A stretch of DNA of 64,000 nucleotides from Haliotis rubra (GCF_003918875.1 NW_025767010.1:806001-870000), one strand, 5' to 3'. Shown: positions 14,460 to 28,194, counted from the stretch's first letter. Numbers and translations are program-made. The notes: a model not told the origin generated them from the sequence alone.

Positions 14460-14887
14460 TAGTGTTGGGAATTGGTTCAAATCTCACAATCGATGATTGC
14501 TTCATTACCAACGAACAATCATCGAAAAAAATTGGTTAGCGTCATTTTTCAGATTTTCCTATCCAGGTTGTTACTGCAGAAAAGTATAACATGATGCAAC
14601 TTGTTTCTTTACAGAGATGACTAATATATCATGAACATAAACTTCCTGGAGTCTTAGAGAAATATTCAGTCATGACTTTTCAGTTAGTGAAGTGAGTTTT
14701 CTAAGAAATAAACATGTTTCCAGGCCCTGACAACTTCTAAGATATGTTCCATTGTCAAGTATTTCAAAGACTAAAACAGTAGTTCCAAAATCGTTTATGT
14801 TCGATTATGAGAAAATGAGATCGATTGCTTGGTCGTTTGGTCACTGCGACCAATCTTCAATTATTTCAATTAATCGGAACACCACTA
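14460..14887. mobile_element. hAT-like MITE nested in the element above
   Basis: TAGTG...CACTA ends; perfect 8-bp TSD AGAAACAC. Confidence 0.85.
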
Positions 14888-15641
14888 AGAAACACAACTT
14901 CCCAAGGGAAACTTCAGTTGCAAGCTTATATATATTAGATTAAGGTATACTGAATATGTTTGACTGTACGTTCTTAAGCATTAAATGCTGAAACTTTATT
15001 AGATGACCAACCTTTTAAGTGTGTAAGAATGTAACACAAGTTCTGTATAACAAATGAAGTTTCAGTCATTTTATCTATCAAATATATTCTGTTATTAGAA
15101 ATTGTAAAGTATTGGAATACGTATCGTAACGCCAACATTGTATCATGATAATAATTGTCTCGCAGGTTCCTTGCTAATACTTTCATCTTATATCATCTCG
15201 CCTCATTAAACTGGCATCGGGATATATCGTCTCGCCACATAGGCAACGATACACAGCTCTACAAACCATCATTTTGTTAACAGTAAAAAATAAGACAACA
15301 AAGCAGCTATGTCAGCATGACCAGGAACACTTCAACATTCCACCAGACATAAAGCACTTACTTGACGCATGACTGTATGTAAACGGAATTCATGTGTACA
15401 TACCTCCCCAGGATTAACATTCACCAATCTACAGTGTAAAAACAAATATATCTGAGGCATACTGGACCACATCATCACTGACATACTAATGATGTTCCTG
15501 CCAAAGATGCTCAGTGACCGACTCTCTAGCCTTTGTCAGGGCATCTGCCCAGAGAATGGAAAGTTCGATCCCTGTACACATCATAGTAGTCTGTCATACA
15601 GACCCTGAAAAAATATATATCCAAGAAAGCTCATGTAAGTC

Positions 15642-17837
15642 CAGGACCCAGTTGTATCAAACTTTAATGAAGCATTAACGTGCCATTAAACGTTCATTAA
15701 CTAATGTATCATTAAATTCTGTTGTACTAACGTTTTAATGATGCTCTGTTGTCATTAGTGCGTCATTAACTTAATGAAGGTCCTGGGGTATCATTAGAGC
15801 GTCATTAAACTTCCTGGAAAAGTGAACATTGCGCCAGAATTTCGTTTGCACCGCACTGGATCTACCTGCAGCTATAAAATTACACAGAAATGTAGAGAAT
15901 TAAATGTCATAGCTCATGGTATAAACTCAGTTTGAAAAGGTAGACACTGCTGAATGTTACTCCTCATTTTGTTATGCGTTAAAAACAGTAAATTCCTCTG
16001 CTTTTTATCGTGCACTGATAAAAATACTCTGCTATTATATTTTCAATTTGGTATCATTATGGAAAGTGTAATCGGACAAAATTCTGCCTGATACCTGAAT
16101 GACATAGGTATGTGTTAAATTAGTTTGTGTGCTTTCGTATATAACGTTATACACTCAATCTTAAAAGTGACTCGCAATATGTGTTGAAAATGGATTTTCC
16201 CCTATGACGTCAAATGGCTACATAAAGGTCACACGCTTATAAAGATAAGGGGGCCTCACTCCGGTATGCTTAATACTAAGTCATTGTAACTCAGATCACT
16301 TGGCGACAATTTGCTGTGAATAAGTACACACTATTTTCGTGCTGTTTTGTTCTCGGAATTATGGAAAACAATGATACTCAAAACATTTGTGACAAACGCG
16401 CACCTGGCCAATGATTATACGCCATTGTTTTGTCTATAACACAACATTAACAAATTCAATGAACAAGACATATCCTTTAAAAACGTGTGCATATATACAC
16501 TTCATGATATAAATAAATCATTTTTATTTATTATGTCAGTTTTACTTAGGTTTAAAATACTAAATGTTGATAATGAAATTAGTTTCATGAAACCATATGT
16601 GAACGATCATATGAAAGTATACATTAATAATACAAGTGTAATCCGCAGGACAGTGTGATTGTGTTTAATCTTATTCAACTGACCTTCACCTCAAAGAAAT
16701 TGTCACATATGTCAAACAATGTTGATGTATGACATCACTACCGATGACCGATTTCTCATGAAATGACGGCTTTGTGGATATTTGGGTGCCCATGATTTTC
16801 GAGGGAACCTTTGTCCATAAATGTATGATGAAAAAGTCAGAAAATCGGAAACATTCTGACTATCTGCATGCGGTGATTGTTTATAAATTTTTATTGTTTT
16901 CATTGAAAAGTCATTCAAATGCTCGATAATTGCCTATGTCATTCTCCATGATTTTTGAAAAGGCGTCTCGCATGGTGTCATGACTGCACAGAATGCAGGA
17001 TTTTGTATGAATATATAAATTTTCAGTATTGTATCTGCACAGAACTTTTTAAGTTTTCTAGTTCTTGCTACTACGATACTCTTTCCGTGCATATTCTAAA
17101 AATATTGAGCTCATGCATGCTACAAAAAGACGAACTGAAGTCTAAAAAATTGAGAAAATGCTGCACAGTATAAAATCTGATATTTGAGGTTGTTTATATT
17201 TCTAGCAAGAGCTGTGTAATGAGCACAACGTCCCGTTTTCACACCCAATATGTTTCGTTTTATCTTAGACACTTGGTTTTAGTGACAAAGACCATTTGGA
17301 ATTTGATTCTAAAATGTATGAGGAACTCAGCGATGCATTTGTCACAACTGAATATGAAATATACATGATGTAATAGGCGTCCTATGACTGGCCTTTAGCT
17401 TAAACTTGAATTTGTAAACACTATCCAATATGGCGGAAAGCTCACTTCGGCATTCGTGTTCGTGTATTTTCCAAAACATCCCAACCGATTCTAGGTTTAT
17501 CGGCGACGTTTCAGAATTATTTAGACGTGTTTCTTCACAGCAGTCGAAATGTTTGTTTTTGTTCCGAGGGGTTTAGCCCTAAAGATGCCATTTTGACAGA
17601 CAACCTAGAGTAACAATTACATGTTTACAGCGCGGAATTGTGGGAAAAAATTAGGGGAATCCCCGGATTTAATGAAAATATTTACATTAGGAGGTCATTA
17701 GATAATGATACGCTAATAAGTGTTTGATACAACCGTTTTTAATGATGCCATTAACTAATGATGCATTAAGGATTTAATGTATCATTAGGGCTTAATGTTG
17801 ACATTAGTTAATGAAGCAATGATACAACCGGATCCTG
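15642..17837. mobile_element. 2.2-kb non-autonomous DNA transposon (Harbinger-like) with TCATTA/TAATGA subterminal arrays
   Basis: TIRs CAGGA(C/T)CC(A/G)GTTGTATCA; no long ORF; empty-site paralogue at about 17935-18050. Confidence 0.85.
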
Positions 17838-18154
17838 ATTACCACAATTTCAGGAAAATTAAGAAAGTCTATGGGCTCCTTTTCATTATATTTCATGATT
17901 GTCATTAATGAACTGTTTTTCTGTCACTGAAACAAATATATCCAAGAAAGCCCATGCAAGTCTAGATTGCCACAGTTTCATGAAAATAAAAAAAGTTTAT
18001 CGGCTCCTTTTCATTACATTTTATGATTACTAATTATGAACCCTTTTTTCTGTAAAATGTGTTCATTTCAGAGACTAGATGTTAGTTTAACAAAGATGGC
18101 AATGGCTGGTAACTAGATCTATAACACCAGAATCAGTGTGGAATAGTACAAGCA

Positions 18155-18395
18155 TTAGAATTGGTCTTCAGCAAACCATGCTTGTTGTAAAAGGCGACCA
18201 ACGGGATCCGGTGGTCAGGTTCGCTGACTTGGTTGATATGTCATATCCGAATTGCATAGATCGATGTTCATGATGTCAATCACTGGATTATCTGGTCCAG
18301 ACCCGATTATTTACAAACCACCGCCATATACTGATATAGCTGGAATATTGCTGAGTGCGGCGTTAAACAAACAAACCAAACAAACAAGCAAGCAA
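18155..18395 (+). mobile_element. SINE-B copy
   Basis: Homology; (CAAA)n tail. Confidence 0.85.
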
Positions 18396-20767
18396 ACAGA
18401 CACAGCTCAAGTATAGATCATGTTTTGTGACATACACTAGGGCACTGACCATGAACAACATACTTTTCCTAGGAACCTGAGTTTATTTGTGTGTCACACC
18501 TGGCTTGACTCACCATTCTAAGCAAAATGTTCATGGTGTTTGTGGCTGTGATGATGATGAAGTGCACCATGTGGTTCACAGTCATTATCACAACCCACCA
18601 GCTGGTTGTCCACAGAGAGATTGGTGTTGATATTCATTCACTCGCATTCACTACCACTAGTACCAGGCAGTCATAATGGGAAACATAATGAGTTTGGCCA
18701 CTCAGGCTAGGAATCAAATTTCACCATTTAATACATCAATTTTGAATAATGTTCTTGCCAGTGCCACTACCTAGTCATTGGTCATTGAGTAGAACACCAA
18801 ATGTTTCTGTTAAAATGCAAAAAAGCTGACAGTATATTCAACAGCAATGATTTGTTCTTTTCACATCAAGCAACCTTTCACCTCAAAATGTATTAGCACA
18901 TTGGCATTTTTAATATATTTGTTCAATCGTTCTCAGGCAAGCAAACATTTTACCAGAAGCAAAGGAACGGCTTTTTGTTTTTTAAACATTAAGAATCCCC
19001 AAAAGCTGGAAATATACACACAAAAAACACAAAAATCTAGCACAATGCAGTAAAAATTTCATTTAGTTTTTATTACTTCTTTGATTGGCGTTCTAGAAGT
19101 TGGGTAGATGAAGAATGAGGACTATTTTTATGGATAAACAACTTCTTTATTCTGTACAGGCGATGTTTCGACATAGATTCTAATGTCGTTGCTGTGTAAT
19201 TAACAATAAGCAAGATGTACCACCTTCTTAATGTATTTAGGCCTGCAGGTGACTTAATGCATGTGTGTTGCCTGTATTCAATCAGTGAATATACTACTAT
19301 GAACCTGAAATCAGTTCTCTCCTTACTGCTACACAAACAAATAGCTGGGCAAAACCAATCAATACCTTGTAACAAGAAAACTCATGCCTCAAAACACTTC
19401 ATTGCATGATCTTTTGAAAACAAATGCATGAAAACGGGACAATCTATAAGCATGGTTTCTAGATCAAGACTTTCCACTTCCTGCATCATTGGTTCATTGT
19501 GAGTCTATGTAAATCATTAAAATACCTTAATATCAATATCAATATTATCAGCGTGAAACATCAGAGACAACCTGATTCTCATTTCATGACCTATTAATAG
19601 TGAACTGTCTATAGTATCCACATCATGTCACGTTATATCTGGTCTTATTTGTGGAACTTTGATCAGGTTAGCAGATATTGACAAGCTGACTGTCAGTCAC
19701 ACTATCAATCCTTCTCTGTCCACAGCCTCCTATGGACACCCAGGAAGGTGCTCTGATGCTGGGTCACTGCCAAGTTCATTATCACATAACTGTTATAACT
19801 ACATGCATGACTTGGGCCACTATGGTCTCACACAACAGCACATACATCAATATAATCGGAAATCTAACAACTCAAGACTAATTGTACAGAAGAATAAGTA
19901 TGCACAGCACGACAACTGATATTGCTAATCTAAGAGAAAGTAGGACAAGTCACTCATGGTCATATTACTCTTATTATATCATTAATGTAGATTTTTCTTC
20001 GAATTCTTTAGGGTTTTTTAGCCAAACAGTAGCATCTGTAACACATGTAACGTCTAATTCAGCATTAGTTAATAAAAAAATTCCTTAAAAATATCTAATG
20101 TAAGATTTAGTTTAATGTTACAATAACATGTGTCTTGTATACTAATCAAGAAGACATTAAAGCATTAGTGTTTCCACTTCCTGCTGTGTACTCCTTAGTG
20201 TCTAGACCATAACTTCAACCCATATCCATGGAGCCAGACATGGAGACTATGAATGTCACAAAATTAATGTCAGCTCACCAGGCTCACGGGGTTATGAACG
20301 GCAGTCAAAAATAGAATAAGTGATAAAAGTAATCTAGGGAACGTAGATATGACACAAAATATACAGACACATAATTTATACTGCTGTGTTTGACTTACCC
20401 AAGTTTGATCAACACTGGAAGTGTGTAAAACCTTTGATTTTGCATCTTTGTGTTCATATCATTCTTATGTAGAAAGATTATGGGTAATATGTCTAGATCA
20501 TGTGATTTACTTTACAAAGTATTTTCGATTAACTCCGTTCGTGACAAAGTTTTTCTCAGCAGTATAAACAATACAGAAAGTAAATATATACTATTTATAA
20601 TAATCTGTACTATTATTTTGTTTCAATCGAGGTTATTAGAGATTACAAAAGACTGAACCTGGTGAAAGATCTTACATCTTTCGTGGCATTGAGCTGTCAA
20701 CAGCCTTGACAGTGGGGACTGAAGTTGTAAACAGGTGCTGAGTGACCCTGATAATAATTGAACTTAC

Positions 20768-20822
20768 CGAAGCTTTTCCGTTGTTTAAAAGTCCTCCCCG
20801 TTGGTTCTTGGGGTGTAGGCAT
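20768..20822 (-). CDS. MAP1LC3C: LC3C/ATG8-family protein, coding exon 1 (MPTPQEPTGRTFKQRKSF)
   Basis: ATG at 20822; FKQRKS motif; donor G|gtaagt, phase 1, matches exon 2. Confidence 0.93.
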
Positions 20823-20922
20823 TGTTGTAACTTAATTTAACTTAATGACAACAGAAACAAATGGTCTCAATCCTGTTCCGGCAGCCAACTCAGAGTCAGA
20901 TGTTTTGATGCAAGAATCGCTT

Positions 20923-20950
20923 GTGACGTCACGTTCCCCGCGCTGATTGG
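20923..20950 (-). promoter_or_regulatory. LC3C proximal promoter: palindromic CRE plus CCAAT box
   Basis: GTGACGTCAC at 20923-20932 and ATTGG at 20946-20950, about 100-130 bp upstream of the ATG. Confidence 0.6.
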
Positions 20951-21294
20951 ACGACTAAGGGACGTTATTCTCATTAGAGTACAACTTTGATAGCCACTAA
21001 AAATACAATGAAGAGAGTTTTTGTTTTCATCAATACATACAAAAAGTAATGTTGAATAGATGTCATGAATATAACAGTCATATGTAGATTTGAACATTTA
21101 AAGCATCCATCTGCAACGATCTGAAAGATTGATGATATTTTGCTTTGAACATCAAGTTCAGTGAAACATGACCATCAGTGCCGTGCTTTCTCATTCATTT
21201 GATTATTAAGAAAGTAAGCAAAGTAAGGTGACCACTGATAAGTTTCAAATCGCTGATATTACTAAATGCTTATCACCTTGAATCACGATTGTTT

Positions 21295-21481
21295 NNNNNN
21301 NNNNNNNNNNNNNNNNNNNNNNNNNNNNNNNNNNNNNNNNNNNNNNNNNNNNNNNNNNNNNNNNNNNNNNNNNNNNNNNNNNNNNNNNNNNNNNNNNNNN
21401 NNNNNNNNNNNNNNNNNNNNNNNNNNNNNNNNNNNNNNNNNNNNNNNNNNNNNNNNNNNNNNNNNNNNNNNNNNNNNNNNN
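21295..21481. other. Assembly gap
   Basis: N run. Confidence 1.
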
Positions 21482-21760
21482 TGTTTTTGTTGGGTTTGTT
21501 TTTGGAGGAGGGTGTTTTTCGGTTTGGGGTATTTGGAGGTTTTTTTGGGGTTGGGGTTGGCTGGGAAGGGGGTCGTGGGTTGTTCTTTTTGTAATTGTTC
21601 TGTTGTTTTGTTTGTTTGTTCTTTGTTATTTCGTTGTTTTGGGGTTGTTGTGTTCTTTGTCTTGCTTTGGGGTGGGGTAGGGGGTATTTTTATTTTTTTT
21701 ATTTATTGGGGAGTCTTTGTTGTTTGTTATATGGGGGTCTTTGTTGTTTGTTATGTAATT
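21482..21760 (+). repeat. G/T-rich low-complexity tract beside a gap
   Basis: Almost only G and T. Confidence 0.8.
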
Positions 21761-22904
21761 TGCCGTTTAAAAGTTCAAAATGTCTTCTTACTCCTAACCT
21801 CCAGCTTATAACTGTCGGGTTTCACTCTCATAACCTCCAACACATAACTGTCAATCTTGTGTCAGTAATATTTGAGTAGAGTAAGATAAATGTTTCCATT
21901 TCTGTCGGATTGTATTTTTATAGATATAGTTCATATATTAGTAATTATTACTCAGTATATCCTTTCTCGGTGTCAAGCCTCCGGTACCAAATACAAATTA
22001 TACATAGGACGCGCTGTCTTTGGGGTGGGAAAGCCAGCCGTTCAAATGGTTCCATGTCACGTTGCAGACTCGGGTTGGATTCCCCCTATAGTTACATTGT
22101 GAGGAACAAGTTGTAGGTGTCTCCTGTCTTGACAACACGTCACTCATTCAGCCACTGTCAGCATCAGCGTTAACCTCGTGTTGTGTAGTCATACACCAGC
22201 TTCACATAGACTGTTTCCCACTGAACAGTTCACTCACTCGAAACACTCACCAGAAACATTCCGCGGACATGCCATGTCCTCTTACCGTGTTCATTTGTCC
22301 ATGATATAATCAACACTAAACATTTCCCTTTGCTGAACCGACAAGTATTTTACAGCCGCATCAATCAATAGGCCTTTCTACACTAATTTGCAGAGCTTGC
22401 AGTACTTGGTAAAACAAAAGTGACCTATTGTAATTTTAATTCAGTAGTTTTGAAGCAAATGAATACCATTAAACTGATCTTGCCTCTACTGTGAGGCAAA
22501 TCTTGTCAACAAGGAATGCTCGTGCTTTCGATTGTGAGATATCTTCCATCAATATGTTCATATTCGGCCTTGTAGTTTTCGTTTGTAGAGGCGTGTATCA
22601 GTAAATGTATGTCAATAACGCGCTTTGTTTTGTCAAATCATCTGTCTTGTTTGTGAATGGAATAGATAAGACGGCGGATCGTTTCCAAAGAAAACGTATG
22701 TCAACGAAAGATTTCTCAAGCCCCGTGTAGTCTGTTATTTCCATTGTCTACTGTACTTAAGCAATACCTTCTGTTAGGATAATTAGACACTTTTTTGATA
22801 GGACCGACTAACTCCATTTATATTTAAATGAGCCCGAGATTAGCGTCATTGCGGGCTTTTGTGTTAATCATATGGTGCAGGGACTGCAGAACCATTTCAA
22901 ACTA

Positions 22905-23307
22905 TAGTCCGTTTGACTTCTTTTGAGACCGATGAATTGCCCACTAACACAAAATCTAATATATGCAGCAAATCAAACTTTGCACAGTCACATGAAATCG
23001 ACAGACCAACTCTGATGATTTGTCTCATAATTTTGGACACCCGAATAAAAAAGTTGTTTAACAAACGATCATTATTTTGTTGTCACTTTTCGCTATTTCT
23101 TACGAGGGATGACAACTTGCTGGTAGAACAGCCAGGTAACCAACAAGCGTGTGCAGTGAAATTTCAATTTCACACGTATAACACGCACACCTGGCGGTTC
23201 TATCAGCAAGTGGTCCCCCCTCGTAAGAAACAGCTAAAAGTGACAAAATAATTATCGTTTGTTAAACAACCTTTTTTCACCGGTCTCAAATGAAGTCAAA
23301 CGGACTG
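22905..23307. mobile_element. TA-flanked MITE (Tc1/mariner-type)
   Basis: TIR YAGTCCGTTTGACTTCWTTTGAGACCG; TA TSD; internal inverted repeat. Confidence 0.88.
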
Positions 23308-26300
23308 TATATATTTACAGAACATAAATGAAAACAACAACAAAAGTCACTCTGTGAGGATAATGACGCATGTATTCAAAAGAAAATGATGTACAAAATA
23401 TGTCAAACATTGGTAAAATGTCGTTCTATAAATTGAAGCATAACATCCAACTGGCACATGTTAAAAAACAATACGCTTCACATCTTATCATATACATAAC
23501 ACAGAAGGGGAGGGGCACGGGGTATAGAGGGACTCTACATGCAGTTACGTCTTTCACCAGTCACTAAGCACTTCGTTAGTTCGCTTTAATCATGTTAATA
23601 CTATATCCAGAAATGCCCATACAACATCAAAATAAAATTGCATAAAACGGCGGTGACCCAGTTCGACTGCAGCACTCTCTGCACTGACAGTGATCTCCAT
23701 ATTATGAACAGGGCAAAATATACAAAACATAGTACTTGTTCTAAAGGAAAACAAATGTCAAGAATTTTCGTTAATTAATAAATGGCAAAGATATATCTGA
23801 TTTTCAGCGTGACTTCATTTCGCAAAGTCGACGACTGTTTCGTTACAGCTGCAATTGACACAACAGCAGCTACTAACGTCCATGATAGCACACTGGACAC
23901 ACGTTACATAGAGCGGACACAGTAAACAACTAAATAATATTCATCGATCTATGCACATGAACTATTTGTGATAATGCTGTGCAGATGGATATGATATATA
24001 TTTTTTTCCTCACTCCAGGCGTTTCTGGACATTAGGCTTGCCTCTCTACATTGACACTGCACCCAATGGGTTTTGACGTTTTCTCCGAATACATTATTAG
24101 TGTCTAAAGTGTTGAACTAATGCCCGCCATTGGCCGTGTCAATGTAAGCATTACAGACTTTTAAACTCATAACCGTATAATACCAAAGGAATTGTCAAAA
24201 GTTGCGGAAGAATTGTAAAACAATTCAAGATACTGATTTTGATATAGTATAAGACAAACCAATTACAAAACAACATCCAACGCCCTATCATATATGAATC
24301 CGCGAGTCGGAATACACTGCATCTATTTATTTATGTATCAGTTAGTTAAGATATGTGTATAATTGTATCAATTCGTTTCTTTTGAAGCCTTTTCATGGAA
24401 GCGAGAAAAGACAGTCATCATGTAAGTATGCATTTTGAGAAACATACAACTGTTCATTCTAGATTAACGGAAGGCCTTATACCTGTGTGTGTTCACCTTG
24501 CAAGGGATCAGACAGTAAATCCCATTAACATCCGTCATGCACATGAACAATCACCCAATCAGGGTCGAGATTTCTATACTCACGCTACGACTGACCAAAC
24601 CAGTGTAACCAATCTTGTATCCACCATCAACTAAAACGACAAGTTCCGAATGTTGATAAATAAGGCATTACCATCGTATTGTTGTAAATAGTTTATACAC
24701 CGTGTCGTTGATGGACGCCATGACATCTACGCCGGGAAGGGAATGCCATCAAAAGAATAATTATGTGTTGTGAGGTTTTTCTACAATTTAGAATTTCAGA
24801 ATCGAGATGAAGAACGAAAAGCTGAATTCACCTGACGTGATCTCCTACGGGGACGTTCACACGGTATCAAAACGCCTGATTTTGGGAGACCGCAGTGATA
24901 AATAGCTGATGCTCTGTGACCATGTGCAAATTCACGATATCCTTTCACGACTTAAAATGATGCTACCATGACAACTAAATATGTTGTCAGTGACGTCTTG
25001 TCCTCGAATATTTAAATGTTATTTAGTATATCATATGACATCTTGAAAAGACGCCGTGTGTAGTTCTAATGCTCAGAATCGAAGCTTTTGAGTGGAGTAG
25101 TTCCAGATATACAACAGCATGTGTCTAAGCTCACAACATCTTTACCTGTATATATAATTTACACAACATATGATTATGGGAGAGCACTCCAACATTTACA
25201 CAGATACCACCATTGACAAAGTGTAACATATCTTCGTTCCACAACACCAGTACGATTCGGTGCAGACAACTTCCTGGCAGGCGACTTTGGAAATACCACT
25301 TGCCCGTTCTGGCCACAGAAACGGACAGCCAGTTATACGTCGTATGCAGCTAAGGATACACACATCTACCTAGATAAATAGCCAATGTTGCCTGACGATC
25401 CCCGGTAACTATCAGGCATTTCTAAATAAAGGGTGTGACTATAAGTATTCAGTATTCATTGGGTGGCGTGGGGTTGTGTGGGGAGAGGGTTTGGGTGGTT
25501 TGAGATTTTTTATGCTTGGTCAGCCCCTAAATTCAGTCGTCATAAGGCCCATCTTGGACAAGCGTTGCTCTCCGAAGACCGGTTTGTGGAACCTTGCCAT
25601 ACACAGTCATTTAAGCAATATGCAAGCTCTTCTATTTACGCCTTAGTATCCATGTACGAGTATTGCCCATGATGCAACGTCGTGGCCTACTGGTGCCAAA
25701 CGTGTTTCAGTCCAAGGTCTTTTACGCAGGTGCAGGTGACGGTGGCGAAGACCCCTGGTAAGAATCTGTTCTGGTTCACACCTGTATTCCTGCGAACTCG
25801 CGACCGTTCAGCTGGCGTGTATTGAATTGGCACCATGCACTAGTTTAGTTCAAGTTCCTTCCATGACTTGTTCTTTTTATATAAACGGAACCCGGAGTGT
25901 CCCAGAGGATACGTACCCCAACCCTCATTTTGACGCATGCTCATTATTCATACAATTCACAGTTTTATAGGTGACAGGGCATTCTAATTGTAACGCATGA
26001 CAACACTACGACAAATCCATATGGTGATTTTCAACACAAAGAACAGGTTTATCAAACACACTTCGTAATTTGCATCGCGGATAATTAGATCCATCTCTCG
26101 GCTTCACAAAATTCACCCATCCTTTTCCAAGTAGAAGCTGGATCAGCGTTTGACGTATGTGCTCTGTTTAAGCTCTGTTCTAGCTCTGTACTCGCTCCAT
26201 TGGTGTCTATGTGTGCCATCTTTGAGAATGGCCTGTTGGCTCCAGGAAAGCAATCCTTGCATACACATTGTAAGCTGACTAAGAAGCTGACGTAATTGGA

Positions 26301-26554
26301 ATGTCGTATCCACTACAGTTGTGCGCGGGCTATTGGGTACATGTATATTCCTAGATGTCTGAATGTTGCTGACGTCACTACCGGTTCCGATACACCTGGG
26401 AATCATCGAAATCCGAAACACTCCATGGTGCACACGTCACTTAAGATTGTGACAATGACAGTGTAATATTGTGTTGTGTCACGTGCGAGCTACCATGGCA
26501 ACGCGTCCAACTCTTGGTCAGCGCCACTTTAGAAATACGATGAGATGGTTTTGA

Positions 26555-26717
26555 TCATTTATACTTGCTGATGCATCTGTCTAGAACGTTGCACATAGAA
26601 AGGTCGTCTTCGTCGTTGCATTGGAGTACAACTGGGATGCCCTCCAACTTCTTCAACAATGTCATTTTACTGGAGGAATACAACATCTTCTGTTGGGTGG
26701 TGGCCGTGTCCGGACTC
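26555..26717 (-). CDS. ADF/cofilin last exon (SPDTATTQQKMLYSSSK...LQCNDEDDLSMCNVLDRCISKYK*)
   Basis: W-S-PD-x-A...KMLYSSSK signature; total 144 aa. Confidence 0.95.
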
Positions 26718-26856
26718 CTGCAGGCCAACACAAACACGGTTATATAACTGGAATAGGGACCCGAATATGAATACCTAATTGATGATATTGGAAACAACAA
26801 GAAACAGACAGCGGTTATCCAAATTACACATACTCTTAAAACAAAGTAGGGAAGTA

Positions 26857-27251
26857 TACTGAACAGCAAAAGAAACGCAAGTCTGGCTTTTTGTCAAGTT
26901 TTTTAATTGAAGACAACCCAAATTATGTCTAATCATTTATTCTATCGTTTGTGTGGCGTGAACACCTCCTAGAGTCAATACTGAACTGTTTTTTGACACA
27001 AACCTTTATAAAGGATACCTCAGAGTGAGATGCATGCTTTTCATCCATAACCGTCTATGCACGTGCTAAAATTATGATTTTGCTGCACTATTGGTGTGTT
27101 TCTGCGAATGTTTCGTATGGACGTCAAATTGCATGACATCATCTCATCTGGGATCATTACGTCACTTTACCATGAACGTTCCATAAACATAAACGCTTAC
27201 CTTCATGAGACTTCATTTTTTCGAAACTTGCGTTTCTTTTGCTGTTCAGTA
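26857..27251. mobile_element. Tc1-like MITE in a cofilin intron
   Basis: 26-bp TIR TACTGAACAGCAAAAGAAACGCAAGT; TA TSD. Confidence 0.9.
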
Positions 27252-27512
27252 TATAAGCGTTAACAAACTTCTCAAAGACAGACACACACACTCGTCGTAA
27301 TATGCGACAAATTGGACCGAGGATCAGCCTCGTCAGACAACGATATGGGTATTTTCTAACCGTTGTTTCGTCTAGTCCATACTCCCATTAAATGCAGACT
27401 GCCTCAAAAAGACTGAAATATTGCTGACTGGACCTTCAACTATTCTCTTTGATATAGTACCCCCTATATCTCGACAGCTACCGACAAGTGTGATGTGTGT
27501 CTTTGGCAAAGG

Positions 27513-27880
27513 TTGGTTGCTTGGTTGTTGTTTACGCCGCTCTCAGCAATATTCCAGCTATATGGCGGCGGTCTGTAGATAAGCATGTCTGGACCAGACA
27601 ATCCAGTGATCAACAGCATGAGCATGGATCTATGCAACTGGGATACGATGACATGTGTCAACCAAGTCAACGAGCCTGACCACCCGATCCCAATAGTCGC
27701 CTCTTACGAAAGGACTGACTGACTGAGTTTGGTTTTACGCCGCTTTTAGCAATATTCCAGCAACATCACGGCGGGGGACACCAGAAATGGGCTTCACACA
27801 TTGTGCCCATGTGGGGATTCGAACCCGGGTCTTCGGCATGGCGAGCCAACGCTTTAACCACTAGGCTACCCCACCGCCCC
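27513..27880 (-). mobile_element. SINE-B with a young SINE-A inserted (27713-27880)
   Basis: TSD CTTACGAAAG around the SINE-A. Confidence 0.88.
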
Positions 27881-27907
27881 CTTACGAAAGTAATGAACAG
27901 GACTCAC

Positions 27908-28037
27908 CAGAGGAAGAATGCCAGCCTCTGTTGTGGCATGGCGTTCTGGTAGAACTTGACATCGAACACTGCATACCGGCATTGCCTCTTGGACTCAGCA
28001 TCTTTCAGTCTCTGTACAAAGTCTTCGTATGTTTGGT
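27908..28037 (-). CDS. ADF/cofilin exon (YQTYEDFVQRLKDAESKRQCRYAVFDVKFYQNAMPQQRLAFFLW)
   Basis: CRYAVFD motif; phases join both neighbours; absent from the ORF track. Confidence 0.93.
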
Positions 28038-28194
28038 CTGGAAAACAGCAAGACTTACATATAGATGGACAAAACATTTGCTGTGAACAGATACTATATT
28101 CCTATGAAGATATACGTAGGTTTACACTACCTTTGTTGTTAACAGCTATTGTTTTTCACACACGTCACAGATGACCATATATTAATAAAATTGT

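Larger units (their letters stand above)
13751..15261. mobile_element. hAT-like non-autonomous element (outer member of a nest)
   Basis: TAG...CTA ends; 8-bp TSD CAAACCAC/CAAACCAT; ATCG/CGAT-rich subtermini. Confidence 0.65.

Noticed and set aside
20393-20457. Alternative LC3C first exon with a gtaagt donor
   Set aside because: The ATG frame ends in phase 2, incompatible with exon 2; the phase-1 frame has stops
21266-21879. Long hydrophobic ORFs
   Set aside because: Artefacts of the N gap and G/T low complexity
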